A stretch of 64,000 nt of DNA from IMG/VR virus record IMGVR_UViG_3300021520_000002, positions 1 to 64,000 of that record; one strand, given 5' to 3'. Under the pieces are notes generated by a model. That model did not search any database, was not told the DNA's origin, and saw only the letters and a program-made list of their open reading frames with translations. Shown piece after piece: positions 25,352 through 34,508 of this stretch. Every line of letters begins with the position of its first letter. Position 1 is the first letter of the stretch. The translations under genes were made by a program, and so were the position numbers.

Positions 25352-27970
25352 ATGCCTATTACTTTTGAATATGAACCTTCTATAAATATGATGAGATTTT
25401 CAGCGGGTCTTACAAGTGATGTAACAGTTCATGATAATGAAGACAATACAATAACTGTTAGTGAAGTTACTGCAAGACTATTTACAACCACAGATTATAC
25501 TGGTGAATTTATTGATTGTATTGTTGCTGGTGGAATTTTTTCTGTACCAATAAATACTACACGTTATATAGTTGTTAACTATAATAACGGAGTACCAGTA
25601 ATGCAATGCATAACAGATTCAGCTAATATAAATGAGTCTAATGTTATTCCAGTAACATCTGTATTTAATGATAATGCTGAAATACACTACAGAACATTTG
25701 ATTATTGGGCAATTGGAGCATTAAATAAACACAATCAACGATTAGTATATACTCGTAAATATCTGAGACAATCAGGATTATCTATTTCTGAATCTGGAAC
25801 AAGATATCTTACAGTAAGTGCTGGAAAATTGTGGTATGGTATCAAACAGTATGTGACAGGAATAGTTACAACAGCTGTTCATGAAAAATTTTATCAGTGG
25901 TATCATGATCCAAGTGCTCCTAGTAGTTGGACAAATGTAAAAATTTCTCAGTCATATAATAATACTCATTTCGATGATATATTATTAGGTTATAAAGAAA
26001 TGACTGGTGGTAAATATGGTGTAAATTGGATTTATTTAATGGTTACTGATGATGAAAATGAATTAATGTACACCATGAGTAGATATGAATATAATTCAGT
26101 TGGAGAAGCACAAGCGGCAACTATTCCAACAGCACCAACAACTATAGATAGTCATTGTCTTCTTGTTGGTAGAGTTATATTTTTAAAGGGAGCGGCAACA
26201 GGACTTATTGAATCTGCATTTGATACAACTTTTACTGGTTCTCAAATAAGTGAACATAATTCATTAACAAATCTTCAAGGTGGACAAGCTGATGAATATT
26301 ATCACTTAGAAAAAACTGAACATGATACATTAACAGATGGTTCTGATGCTGACGCTTTACATATACATGATAGTAAAGCAGACAAAGTATCATCACCTAC
26401 AAATGGAAATTTTGCTGGATTGGATGCATCAGGAAATCTTACAGATTCTGGAAAGAAAGATGCTGATTATTCAACTGCTGGGCATACACATGATAGTAGA
26501 TACTATACAGAATCTGAAATGGATATTTCTTTAGCTGGAAAGTCTGGAACAAGTCACACTCATGATGATAGATATTTTACTGAAACTGAACTTGATAATG
26601 GTCAGTTAGATAATCTATATTATGGGACTTCAGCAGTAGATACTCTTCTACTTGGAAAGTCTGGAACAGCTCACAATCACAATGATTTATATTATGGAAC
26701 ATCAGCTGTAGACACTTTGCTACTTGGAAAATCAGGAACAAGTCACACCCATGATGGTAGATATTATACTGAAACAGCACTTGATAATGGTCAGTTAGAT
26801 AATAGATATTATACAGAAACTGAACTTGATAATGGTCAGTTGGATAATCTATACTATGGAACTTCAGCTGTAGATACTTTACTTGATGGAAAATCAGGAA
26901 CTGCACATAATCATAACGATTTATACTATGGAACATCAGCTGTAGATACCTTACTTGATGGAAAATCAGGAACATCTCATACTCATGATGATAGATATTA
27001 TACTGAAACTGAACTGAATAATGGTCAGTTAGATAATCTATATTATGGCACATCAGCTGTAGATACATTGTTACTTGGAAAGTCTGGAACATCTCACACC
27101 CATGATGATAGATACTTTACTGAAACTGAACTGAACAATGGTCAGTTAGATAATTTATATTATGGAACTTCAGCAGTAGATACTCTACTGCTTGGAAAAT
27201 CTGGAACGGGTCATAATCACAACGATTTATATTATGGAACATCAGCTGTAGATACTCTTCTACTTGGAAAGTCTGGAACATCTCACACTCATGATGATAG
27301 ATACTTTACTGAAACTGAATTAAACAATGGACAGTTAGATAATCTATATTATGGAACATCAGCTGTAGATACTCTTCTACTTGGAAAGTCTGGAACAGCA
27401 CATAATCATAACGATTTGTATTATGGAACATCAGCTGTAGATACTCTACTGCTTGGAAAATCTAGTACATCACATAATCATAATACATTATATTATGGAA
27501 CATCAGCTGTAGATACTTTATTGCTTGGAAAATCTAGTACGTCTCATACTCATTTAAAAGCGGCTGTAACAGATTTTGTCGAAGCAAATTATGTACATGT
27601 GACTGGAAATGAATCTATTGCAGGAGATAAAACATTTACTGGACAACTTATTAGACCTTGGGGTGGTTTAACTTTATCAACAACTAATAATAATGTTGTT
27701 ATTGGAGATTATAAAAATTTTAGAATAACTGGTCCAACTGGAAATTTTACAATTTCTGGTTTACAAGGTGGAGTTGATGGAAGAGATATAGTATTATATA
27801 ATACAGTTGGATATAGAATGACTTTAACTAATGAAGGTGCAAATTCTTCAGCGGCAAATAGAATTACTACATTGTCTGGTGGTGATTTTCAAACAACAAC
27901 TCAAGGTGTTGTTAATTTAGTTTATGATGGTGCTGCATCAAGGTGGATTATTACAGGAACAGTAACATAG
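25352..27970 (+). CDS. Tail-fibre-like protein with His-x-His repeats
   Basis: HNSLTNLQGG...YYHL motif; repeated HTHDDRY(Y/F)TETE and HNHNDLYY units; ESIAGDKTFTG near the C-terminus. Confidence 0.7.
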   Translation: MPITFEYEPSINMMRFSAGLTSDVTVHDNEDNTITVSEVTARLFTTTDYTGEFIDCIVAGGIFSVPINTTRYIVVNYNNGVPVMQCITDSANINESNVIPVTSVFNDNAEIHYRTFDYWAIGALNKHNQRLVYTRKYLRQSGLSISESGTRYLTVSAGKLWYGIKQYVTGIVTTAVHEKFYQWYHDPSAPSSWTNVKISQSYNNTHFDDILLGYKEMTGGKYGVNWIYLMVTDDENELMYTMSRYEYNSVGEAQAATIPTAPTTIDSHCLLVGRVIFLKGAATGLIESAFDTTFTGSQISEHNSLTNLQGGQADEYYHLEKTEHDTLTDGSDADALHIHDSKADKVSSPTNGNFAGLDASGNLTDSGKKDADYSTAGHTHDSRYYTESEMDISLAGKSGTSHTHDDRYFTETELDNGQLDNLYYGTSAVDTLLLGKSGTAHNHNDLYYGTSAVDTLLLGKSGTSHTHDGRYYTETALDNGQLDNRYYTETELDNGQLDNLYYGTSAVDTLLDGKSGTAHNHNDLYYGTSAVDTLLDGKSGTSHTHDDRYYTETELNNGQLDNLYYGTSAVDTLLLGKSGTSHTHDDRYFTETELNNGQLDNLYYGTSAVDTLLLGKSGTGHNHNDLYYGTSAVDTLLLGKSGTSHTHDDRYFTETELNNGQLDNLYYGTSAVDTLLLGKSGTAHNHNDLYYGTSAVDTLLLGKSSTSHNHNTLYYGTSAVDTLLLGKSSTSHTHLKAAVTDFVEANYVHVTGNESIAGDKTFTGQLIRPWGGLTLSTTNNNVVIGDYKNFRITGPTGNFTISGLQGGVDGRDIVLYNTVGYRMTLTNEGANSSAANRITTLSGGDFQTTTQGVVNLVYDGAASRWIITGTVT
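26483..27555 (+). repeat. Intragenic tandem repeats (about 39-aa and 24-aa units)
   Basis: 10 copies of YYGTSAVDTLL(L/D)GKS and 12 HxH motifs, with synonymous variation between copies. Confidence 0.9.
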
Positions 27971-27992
27971 TAATTAAAGGAGAGGTTAAATT

Positions 27993-29087
27993 ATGCCTAA
28001 ATATTTAAATGAAGCAAGCTATCCAATTTTTTATGGTAATAGTGTTTTTTATTTTGGAAATCCTATTGAAACACTAGATGTCATAGACAATCAAGCTTTT
28101 ATGTTTGGAACTGTTGGTGAAACCTATAATATTGTTGGTGGAGTAAATGATACTCTTATTTATAGATTCAATGAAGAAGATACATGGCTTACTGTAAAAC
28201 TTACAGCTGGTGCTGCTCAGACAGCAACAGATATAGCTAATGATATTAATGCTGCATATGGATATACTGTTGCTTTTGATGAAGGTGGAAGACTTAAAAT
28301 AGTTGCACCAAAAAGAAGTAGTGATTTATATGATATTTGGCTTGCTGTTACTGGTGGAACAGCAAATGCTACTTTAGGTTTAATTGGTCATGATCGTAAT
28401 CCATCGGCACTTTGTGCAAAACAGGTCTTTTTAAATTCAACAAATTTATCAACATATAATATCACAACAGCTAATAATACTTTTATTTTTAAATTTAATG
28501 GTGAAGCTTGGACAACAGTAATTTTAACTGTTGGAGCGGCAAGAACTGCACAAGAGATTGCTGATGAAATTAATACAGCATATCGTGTAGCTACTGGAAA
28601 ATTTGAAACAGTAGCTGATTCTGTAGAACTTATTACTGGAAGTGGTGATATTCAACTTCAATTAATTTCACCAGTTGTTGATAATTATAAATCATCAATT
28701 TATATTAAAACGTTGGGAAACACAGCTTTAACAGTTCTTGGATTTGATAGTGATGATAAATTACCTTTAGTTATTAATGGTTATCCTCAACTAACTCAAC
28801 AAGAGATTTTGCCGTTATTCAATCCTTTAGTTTCCAGCACTTTATTAACATTCCCAGGAGTTGGATGGACAACATTCTATACAAATGCTGGAGTTACTGC
28901 TTTTGAATTTATCAGAGTAACTGGTTCTGCTGTAAATATTTATATTGAAGATGTACATAATATTCCAGCTATAAATTTAGCAGTTGGTGAGAAGATAACT
29001 GTTAACCATAAGATAGCAAGAATTAACAAGTTTATAATTCAAGCACTTGGTGCTGGGACTATGACAATTTTAGAATTGAATGATTAA
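27993..29087 (+). CDS. Virion structural protein with an internal duplicated domain
   Basis: TYNI...LTAGAAQTATDIANDINAA and TYNI...LTVGAARTAQEIADEINTA. Confidence 0.55.
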   Translation: MPKYLNEASYPIFYGNSVFYFGNPIETLDVIDNQAFMFGTVGETYNIVGGVNDTLIYRFNEEDTWLTVKLTAGAAQTATDIANDINAAYGYTVAFDEGGRLKIVAPKRSSDLYDIWLAVTGGTANATLGLIGHDRNPSALCAKQVFLNSTNLSTYNITTANNTFIFKFNGEAWTTVILTVGAARTAQEIADEINTAYRVATGKFETVADSVELITGSGDIQLQLISPVVDNYKSSIYIKTLGNTALTVLGFDSDDKLPLVINGYPQLTQQEILPLFNPLVSSTLLTFPGVGWTTFYTNAGVTAFEFIRVTGSAVNIYIEDVHNIPAINLAVGEKITVNHKIARINKFIIQALGAGTMTILELND

Positions 29088-29124
29088 TTAAATGGTTTTT
29101 AATTTTTAAGGAGGTTTAATAATT

Positions 29125-30006
29125 ATGGATGACGAAAGAATTTATATTGGACGAGGAATGGGTACAAGTGGAACATCAGGAATAGGTGTAAGTGGTTCTA
29201 GTGGAACATCTGGAACAACACCCCCTGGATTAACTTCAGGTACAGATGGAACAAGTGGTTCGAGTGGAACAACAGGAAGTTCAGGTACAAGTGGTTCAAG
29301 TGGAACGTCTGGGTCTGGCACTTCGGGTAGTTCTGGAACATCTGGTGTAGCTGGAACATCTGGAACAACCCCTCCTGGATTAACTTCAGGAACAGATGGA
29401 ACAAGTGGTTCTAATGGCACATCAGGTTCTTCTGGAACAAGTGGAGCAGCTGGTACTGCTGGATCAAGTGGAACAAGTGGTGTAAATGGAACATCTGGAA
29501 CAACCCCTCCTGGATTAACTTCAGGTACAGATGGTACTTCTGGAACTTCTGGTGTAGATGGAACAAGTGGAACTTCTGGTGTATCTGGTTCAAGTGGAAC
29601 TTCTGGTGTATCTGGTTCAAGTGGAACATCAGGAAGTTCAGGAACAACTGGTTCATCTGGAACATCTGGAACATCAGGTTCTGGAACAAGTGGAACATCT
29701 GTAGCTTTTAGTTTAAATTATTTTGATTATAATCAAACAGTTACTGATGACGGTTCATTTGATCTTCCAGCAATTACTAATATTGGTAATGGTTGGATTG
29801 TGGCTGGTCAGAATCAGGAAAGAAGTTGGTTTATAGTTGGACCTGTTGGAACAGTTACTTTGATAAATAATACAACTAATGTTGTTGCTGGTGAAGATAC
29901 TAATAATAAATTATGTATTGGAACTGCAGTAGTTCAAGAACCCGTAACTATTAAAAATCGTTTAGGTTCATCAATGAATGTAATGTTACAGATGTGGTAT
30001 GATTAA
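29125..30006 (+). CDS. Gly/Ser/Thr-repeat fibre protein
   Basis: About 180 aa of G-x-x repeats with three TTPPGLTSGTDG kinks, then a globular C-terminus. Confidence 0.7.
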   Translation: MDDERIYIGRGMGTSGTSGIGVSGSSGTSGTTPPGLTSGTDGTSGSSGTTGSSGTSGSSGTSGSGTSGSSGTSGVAGTSGTTPPGLTSGTDGTSGSNGTSGSSGTSGAAGTAGSSGTSGVNGTSGTTPPGLTSGTDGTSGTSGVDGTSGTSGVSGSSGTSGVSGSSGTSGSSGTTGSSGTSGTSGSGTSGTSVAFSLNYFDYNQTVTDDGSFDLPAITNIGNGWIVAGQNQERSWFIVGPVGTVTLINNTTNVVAGEDTNNKLCIGTAVVQEPVTIKNRLGSSMNVMLQMWYD

Positions 30007-30041
30007 GAGATAAGTAACTTAATTTTTAGGAGGTTTTATTT

Positions 30042-31286
30042 ATGAATTTACCACCTTATGGAGATGATAGTAAGAGAAATTTTGCTCATTTTGGTACTCT
30101 TAAAGTAAGCTCACAAGACATACCAAATATGACTATAAAAATATCACCTGGTGGGTTCTGGTATTATACAAGTACTGGACCAATTTATGTTGAATTTGCT
30201 GGTGGTAATTCACCAACAATAACTAAACCGGGTACTAATGCTAAATGGGTAATAATAGCACTAAATTCTAGTGCTCAAATTGTTTTAATTGATGGTTCGA
30301 TTAGTGCACATCCTCAGGTACCAACAATTCCTAGAGGAAGAGTAATTCTTGCCGCTGTTTATGTTCAATCATCAACAACAGAAATTACTAATGATATGAT
30401 TTTTGATACAAGAGCATTGTTTGCTCAGTTTCCAACAGATCATAGAGATTTAGCTGGAACAACTGAAACTGGTTCACATCCAGTTTCATCGATTTCTGGA
30501 TTACAAACTATTTTAGATGATTTAGTTACAGAAGAAGACTTAACTACAGGTTTAGCAACAAAAGCAAATCAAACTGGTACTAATGAGTCTTCTTTTATTT
30601 TAAATGAAGATTTTCTTGGTACTCCTGCTTCTGATGTTAGTTTAATGGTTGAAAGAGGTAGTGAGAGTAATGTTGGTATAAAGTGGAATGAAACTTTAGA
30701 TCAATGGCAAGTAACTTCAGATGGTAGTATATGGAATACATTTGGTTCTGTTTCTACTAGTGGTGTGTCTGGTAGTTCAGGTACATCTGGCACAAGTGGA
30801 AGTGGCACAAGTGGAACTTCAGGTTCTGGAACAAGTGGTTCAAGTGGAACCTCTGGAATAGCTGGTTCTTCAGGAACTTCTGGAGCAGATGGAACTTCAG
30901 GTTCTTCAGGAACATCTGGAATAAATGGTTCTTCAGGCACTTCTGGTGTATCAGGTAGTAGTGGAACTTCTGGAAGTTCAGGTTTATCAGGTTCTGATGG
31001 AACAAGTGGGTCGAGTGGGTCGAATGGAACTTCAGGTTCTTCAGGTACATCAGGAGTAGATGGAACATCAGGTTCTTCAGGAACTTCTGGAGCAGATGGA
31101 ACAGCTGGTAGTTCTGGAACAAGTGGAGCAGATGGAACTTCAGGTTCTTCAGGAACGAGTGGAACATCTGGAACTGGTTGGAGTGGAACATGTTATGTTG
31201 GTAATACTTCAGGCACTTCAGCAGAACTTAATTATTATTTAACAATTAGTAATGGGATAGTTACTAATTTTGTTGGACCAGTGTAA
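30042..31286 (+). CDS. MNxPPYG-domain fibre paralog 1 with GST repeats
   Basis: Shared N-terminal domain; ERG...W...W module; GST repeats. Confidence 0.7.
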   Translation: MNLPPYGDDSKRNFAHFGTLKVSSQDIPNMTIKISPGGFWYYTSTGPIYVEFAGGNSPTITKPGTNAKWVIIALNSSAQIVLIDGSISAHPQVPTIPRGRVILAAVYVQSSTTEITNDMIFDTRALFAQFPTDHRDLAGTTETGSHPVSSISGLQTILDDLVTEEDLTTGLATKANQTGTNESSFILNEDFLGTPASDVSLMVERGSESNVGIKWNETLDQWQVTSDGSIWNTFGSVSTSGVSGSSGTSGTSGSGTSGTSGSGTSGSSGTSGIAGSSGTSGADGTSGSSGTSGINGSSGTSGVSGSSGTSGSSGLSGSDGTSGSSGSNGTSGSSGTSGVDGTSGSSGTSGADGTAGSSGTSGADGTSGSSGTSGTSGTGWSGTCYVGNTSGTSAELNYYLTISNGIVTNFVGPV

Positions 31287-31302
31287 TTTTTTAGAAACTC
31301 AA

Positions 31303-31331
31303 AAAGAGGGAGATGATATTTCTCCCTCTTT
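31303..31331 (+). terminator. Intrinsic terminator-like hairpin
   Basis: AAAGAGGGAGA, 7-nt loop, TCTCCCTCTTT. Confidence 0.7.
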
Positions 31332-31360
31332 AATTAAAATTTAGTTTCGGAGGGCTTTAT

Positions 31361-34021
31361 ATGAATGTGCCGCCCTATGGAAATGATTTAAAAAATGCAT
31401 TTGCTCATTTTGGTGTTCTTAGAGTGACTGCTCAAGATCCACCAAATATGACCGTGAAAATTTCACCAGGTGGATTTTGGTATTATGTAAGTACTGGACC
31501 TGTTTATGTTGAATTTGCCGGTGGAGATTCACCAATAATAACAACATCTATGGATAATTCATATTGGGTTTTAATTACAATAAGTCCAGAAGGTTTAATA
31601 ATTTTAGTTGAAGGAGAACATGCGGTAGAACCTGTGTTGCCTTATGTTCCTCGAGGAAGAGTAATTCTTGCCGCTATTTATGTTCAATTTGATATACATA
31701 CAATTACTGATGATATGATTTTTGATACGAGAACACTGTTCACTCAATATCCAACGGATCATAGAGATTTAACCGGAACATCTGAAATTAATATACATTC
31801 AATTTCATCAATTTCTGGATTACAAACAGCTCTTAATGATAAAGTAGATGTTGATGATTTAAGTGTTTTATTATTAACTAAAGCTGATATATTTGGTACT
31901 CCTAATATTGTTTTTAAATTTAATCAAGATTTTACCGGCACACCAACTGATAATATTATATTAGAAGTTGAAAGAGGAACGGAATCAAATGCTGCTATAA
32001 GATGGAATGAAACATCAAAAATGTGGGAACATTCAAAAGATAGTATTATTTGGCAAGGTATTGGAACATCTGGTGTTTCTGGAACATCAGGAACAAGCGG
32101 TACATCAGCAAGTTCTGGAACATCTGGAACAACTGGAACCTCGGGTTCTAGTGGAACATCAGCAACTGGTGGATCTTCTGGAACAAGTGGAACTTCATTT
32201 TATGGAGTAACATCTGGAACCTCTGGAAGTGCAGGAACATCAGGTAGTTCAAGTACATCTGGAACATCTGGAAGTGCAGGAACATCTGGAAGTTCTGGAA
32301 CATCTGGAAGTTCTGGAACATCAGGTTCATCTGGTAGTTCTGGTTCATCAGGAAGTTCAGGTAGTAGTGGAACATCACCTCCTGGATTCACTTCTGGAAC
32401 ATCAGGAAGTTCTGGAACATCAGGAAGTTCTGGAACAAGTGGATCGGGTGGTACTTCTGGTAGTTCTAGTACAAGTGGTTCATCAGGAACATCTGGAAGT
32501 TCTGGTTCAAGTGGAAGTTCTGGAATATCTGGGAGTTCTGGATCATCAGGAAGATCTGGAACAAGTGGGTCGAGTGGTACAGCTGGTAGTTCTGGTACAA
32601 GTGGAAGTGCAGGAACTTCAGGTTCTGATGGTACTTCTGGAAGTTCTGGTACAAGTGGGTCGAGTGGAACATCAGGAAGTTCTGGTTCAAGTGGTTCTGA
32701 TGGAACATCTGGTAGTTCTGGTTTTGATGGTACCTCAGGATCTTCTGGAACAAGTGGGTCGAGTGGAAGTTCAGGTTCAAGTGGAAGTTCTGGTTCTTCT
32801 GGAACATCTGGAAGCTCTGGTACAAGTGGTAGTAGTGGAACATCAGGGAGCTCTGGAAGTTCAGGTTCTTCAGGCACAAGTGGTGATGGTTTTTATTGGG
32901 TTGGTGCTTGGACACTTACTGATCATTATGATATAGATGATATAGTTGAAAATGATGGTAATTCATATGTTTGTAAATTAGCAAATACTGCAGATGCAAA
33001 TAATGAACCAGGTGTTGGTGGAAGTTGGGCAACATATTGGGATTTATTTACACAAGGTGGTACAGGAACATCTGGTACTTCAGGTAGTTCTGGAACAAGT
33101 GGGTCAAGTGGAACAACAGGTAGTTCTGGAACAAGTGGGTCGAGTGGAACAACAGGTAGTTCTGGAACAAGTGGAAGTAGTGGTACATCTGGAAGTTCAA
33201 GTACAAGTGGTAGTAGTGGAACATCTGGAACTTCAGGTTCTGATGGTACCTCTGGAAGTTCTGGTACAAGTGGATCGAGTGGAACATCTGGGTCTTCAGG
33301 TACTGCTGGAAGTTCTGGTACATCCCCTCCTGGTTTAACATCAGGTACAGATGGAACATCAGGAAGTTCTGGTACAAGTGGAAGTAGTGGAACATCAGGA
33401 AGTTCTGGTACAAGTGGTATAGATGGTACATCTGGAAGTTCTGGAACAAGTGGATCGAGTGGCACATCTGGAAGTTCTGGAACAAGTGGATCATCTGGTA
33501 GTTCTGGTTCTTCTGGAACAAGTGGTATAAATGGAACGTCTGGGTCTTCAGGTACTGCTGGTAGTTCTGGAACATCCCCTCCTGGTTTAACATCAGGTAC
33601 TGATGGCACATCAGGTAGTTCTGGTACAAGCGGAAGTAGTGGTACATCAGGAAGTTCTGGAACTTCAGGTTCTGGAACAAGTGGGTCTTCAGGTGATGGA
33701 ACATTATCAGTATATACAAAAGGAACAAGTGGTACATTATCAGCTGATGAAGTTAAAGGAACGCTTATAAAAATAACAGCAGCTATAACTTTAACATTAC
33801 CTGCTGGTTCTTCAGGATATAATTCAATTTTTTATAGTAGTACCTCTGCTGCTGTATCAGTAGATCCAAACAGTAGTGAAGTTATGGTTTTAAATGGGGT
33901 ACCTTTAACTGGTGGATATAAAGTTACAAGTCCTGGAACAAGAGGAGATACATTAACTGTTGCTCATGATGGAACTAACTGGCTTTGTTTAGGTGCAAGT
34001 AACTGGACTAGTGGAGGATAA
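31361..34021 (+). CDS. MNxPPYG-domain fibre paralog 2 with long GST repeats and an internal CBM5/12-like module
   Basis: Two GST tracts flank WVGAW...YDIDDIVENDGNSYVC...PG...YWDL. Confidence 0.7.
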   Translation: MNVPPYGNDLKNAFAHFGVLRVTAQDPPNMTVKISPGGFWYYVSTGPVYVEFAGGDSPIITTSMDNSYWVLITISPEGLIILVEGEHAVEPVLPYVPRGRVILAAIYVQFDIHTITDDMIFDTRTLFTQYPTDHRDLTGTSEINIHSISSISGLQTALNDKVDVDDLSVLLLTKADIFGTPNIVFKFNQDFTGTPTDNIILEVERGTESNAAIRWNETSKMWEHSKDSIIWQGIGTSGVSGTSGTSGTSASSGTSGTTGTSGSSGTSATGGSSGTSGTSFYGVTSGTSGSAGTSGSSSTSGTSGSAGTSGSSGTSGSSGTSGSSGSSGSSGSSGSSGTSPPGFTSGTSGSSGTSGSSGTSGSGGTSGSSSTSGSSGTSGSSGSSGSSGISGSSGSSGRSGTSGSSGTAGSSGTSGSAGTSGSDGTSGSSGTSGSSGTSGSSGSSGSDGTSGSSGFDGTSGSSGTSGSSGSSGSSGSSGSSGTSGSSGTSGSSGTSGSSGSSGSSGTSGDGFYWVGAWTLTDHYDIDDIVENDGNSYVCKLANTADANNEPGVGGSWATYWDLFTQGGTGTSGTSGSSGTSGSSGTTGSSGTSGSSGTTGSSGTSGSSGTSGSSSTSGSSGTSGTSGSDGTSGSSGTSGSSGTSGSSGTAGSSGTSPPGLTSGTDGTSGSSGTSGSSGTSGSSGTSGIDGTSGSSGTSGSSGTSGSSGTSGSSGSSGSSGTSGINGTSGSSGTAGSSGTSPPGLTSGTDGTSGSSGTSGSSGTSGSSGTSGSGTSGSSGDGTLSVYTKGTSGTLSADEVKGTLIKITAAITLTLPAGSSGYNSIFYSSTSAAVSVDPNSSEVMVLNGVPLTGGYKVTSPGTRGDTLTVAHDGTNWLCLGASNWTSGG

Positions 34022-34024
34022 AAT

Positions 34025-34435
34025 ATGATAAGAGGTTCTGCATTTTTGGGAGCAATTAGACCATATATTCCTTCAACAGGTAATCCAGAAATGATGGTAC
34101 TTCCAATGGTTACTAGTGGTTGGTCTTTAAATGCTAATTGGACAATTTCAAGTGGTATTTTGTCATGTGGTGGAGGTGGAGGTTGGGATGATTGTTTTCC
34201 TAATTATACTACAGGTATGGTTCAACCAACAGCTGGAGTAAGTTATGATCTTATTTTTTCTGTTTCAGCCAATAGTGGCACAATATATTTTAATTTTTCA
34301 GCTGCTGGAATACAATCATTTTCAGGAACTGGTGATAAGAGTTTTACTTTAACATCGGTTGATGGAACATCAATATATATAGTAAGTATGGGTGCTTCAT
34401 GTTCTATAACAAAGATAAGTTGTAAAGTACATTAG
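34025..34435 (+). CDS. Small carbohydrate-binding-like protein, homologous to the C-terminus of 5560..6645
   Basis: W.I..G.LSC, C(Y/F)PNY, YD...V.A.SGTIYF, CSI..ISCK.H are shared. Confidence 0.55.
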   Translation: MIRGSAFLGAIRPYIPSTGNPEMMVLPMVTSGWSLNANWTISSGILSCGGGGGWDDCFPNYTTGMVQPTAGVSYDLIFSVSANSGTIYFNFSAAGIQSFSGTGDKSFTLTSVDGTSIYIVSMGASCSITKISCKVH

Positions 34436-34444
34436 AAATGTTTG

Positions 34445-34476
34445 ATCGGCAAGATTTAGAAATAGATCTTGCCGAT
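34445..34476. terminator. Hairpin built from paired TTGCCGAT motifs
   Basis: ATCGGCAAGAT...ATCTTGCCGAT, intergenic. Confidence 0.65.
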
Positions 34477-34508
34477 AATTAATTGGTATTTAATAGGAGG
34501 TAATTTTA

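Noticed and set aside
26483-27555. Possible CRISPR array or DNA-level repeat element
   Set aside because: The repeats are in frame, vary at synonymous positions and have no unique spacers; they are protein repeats.
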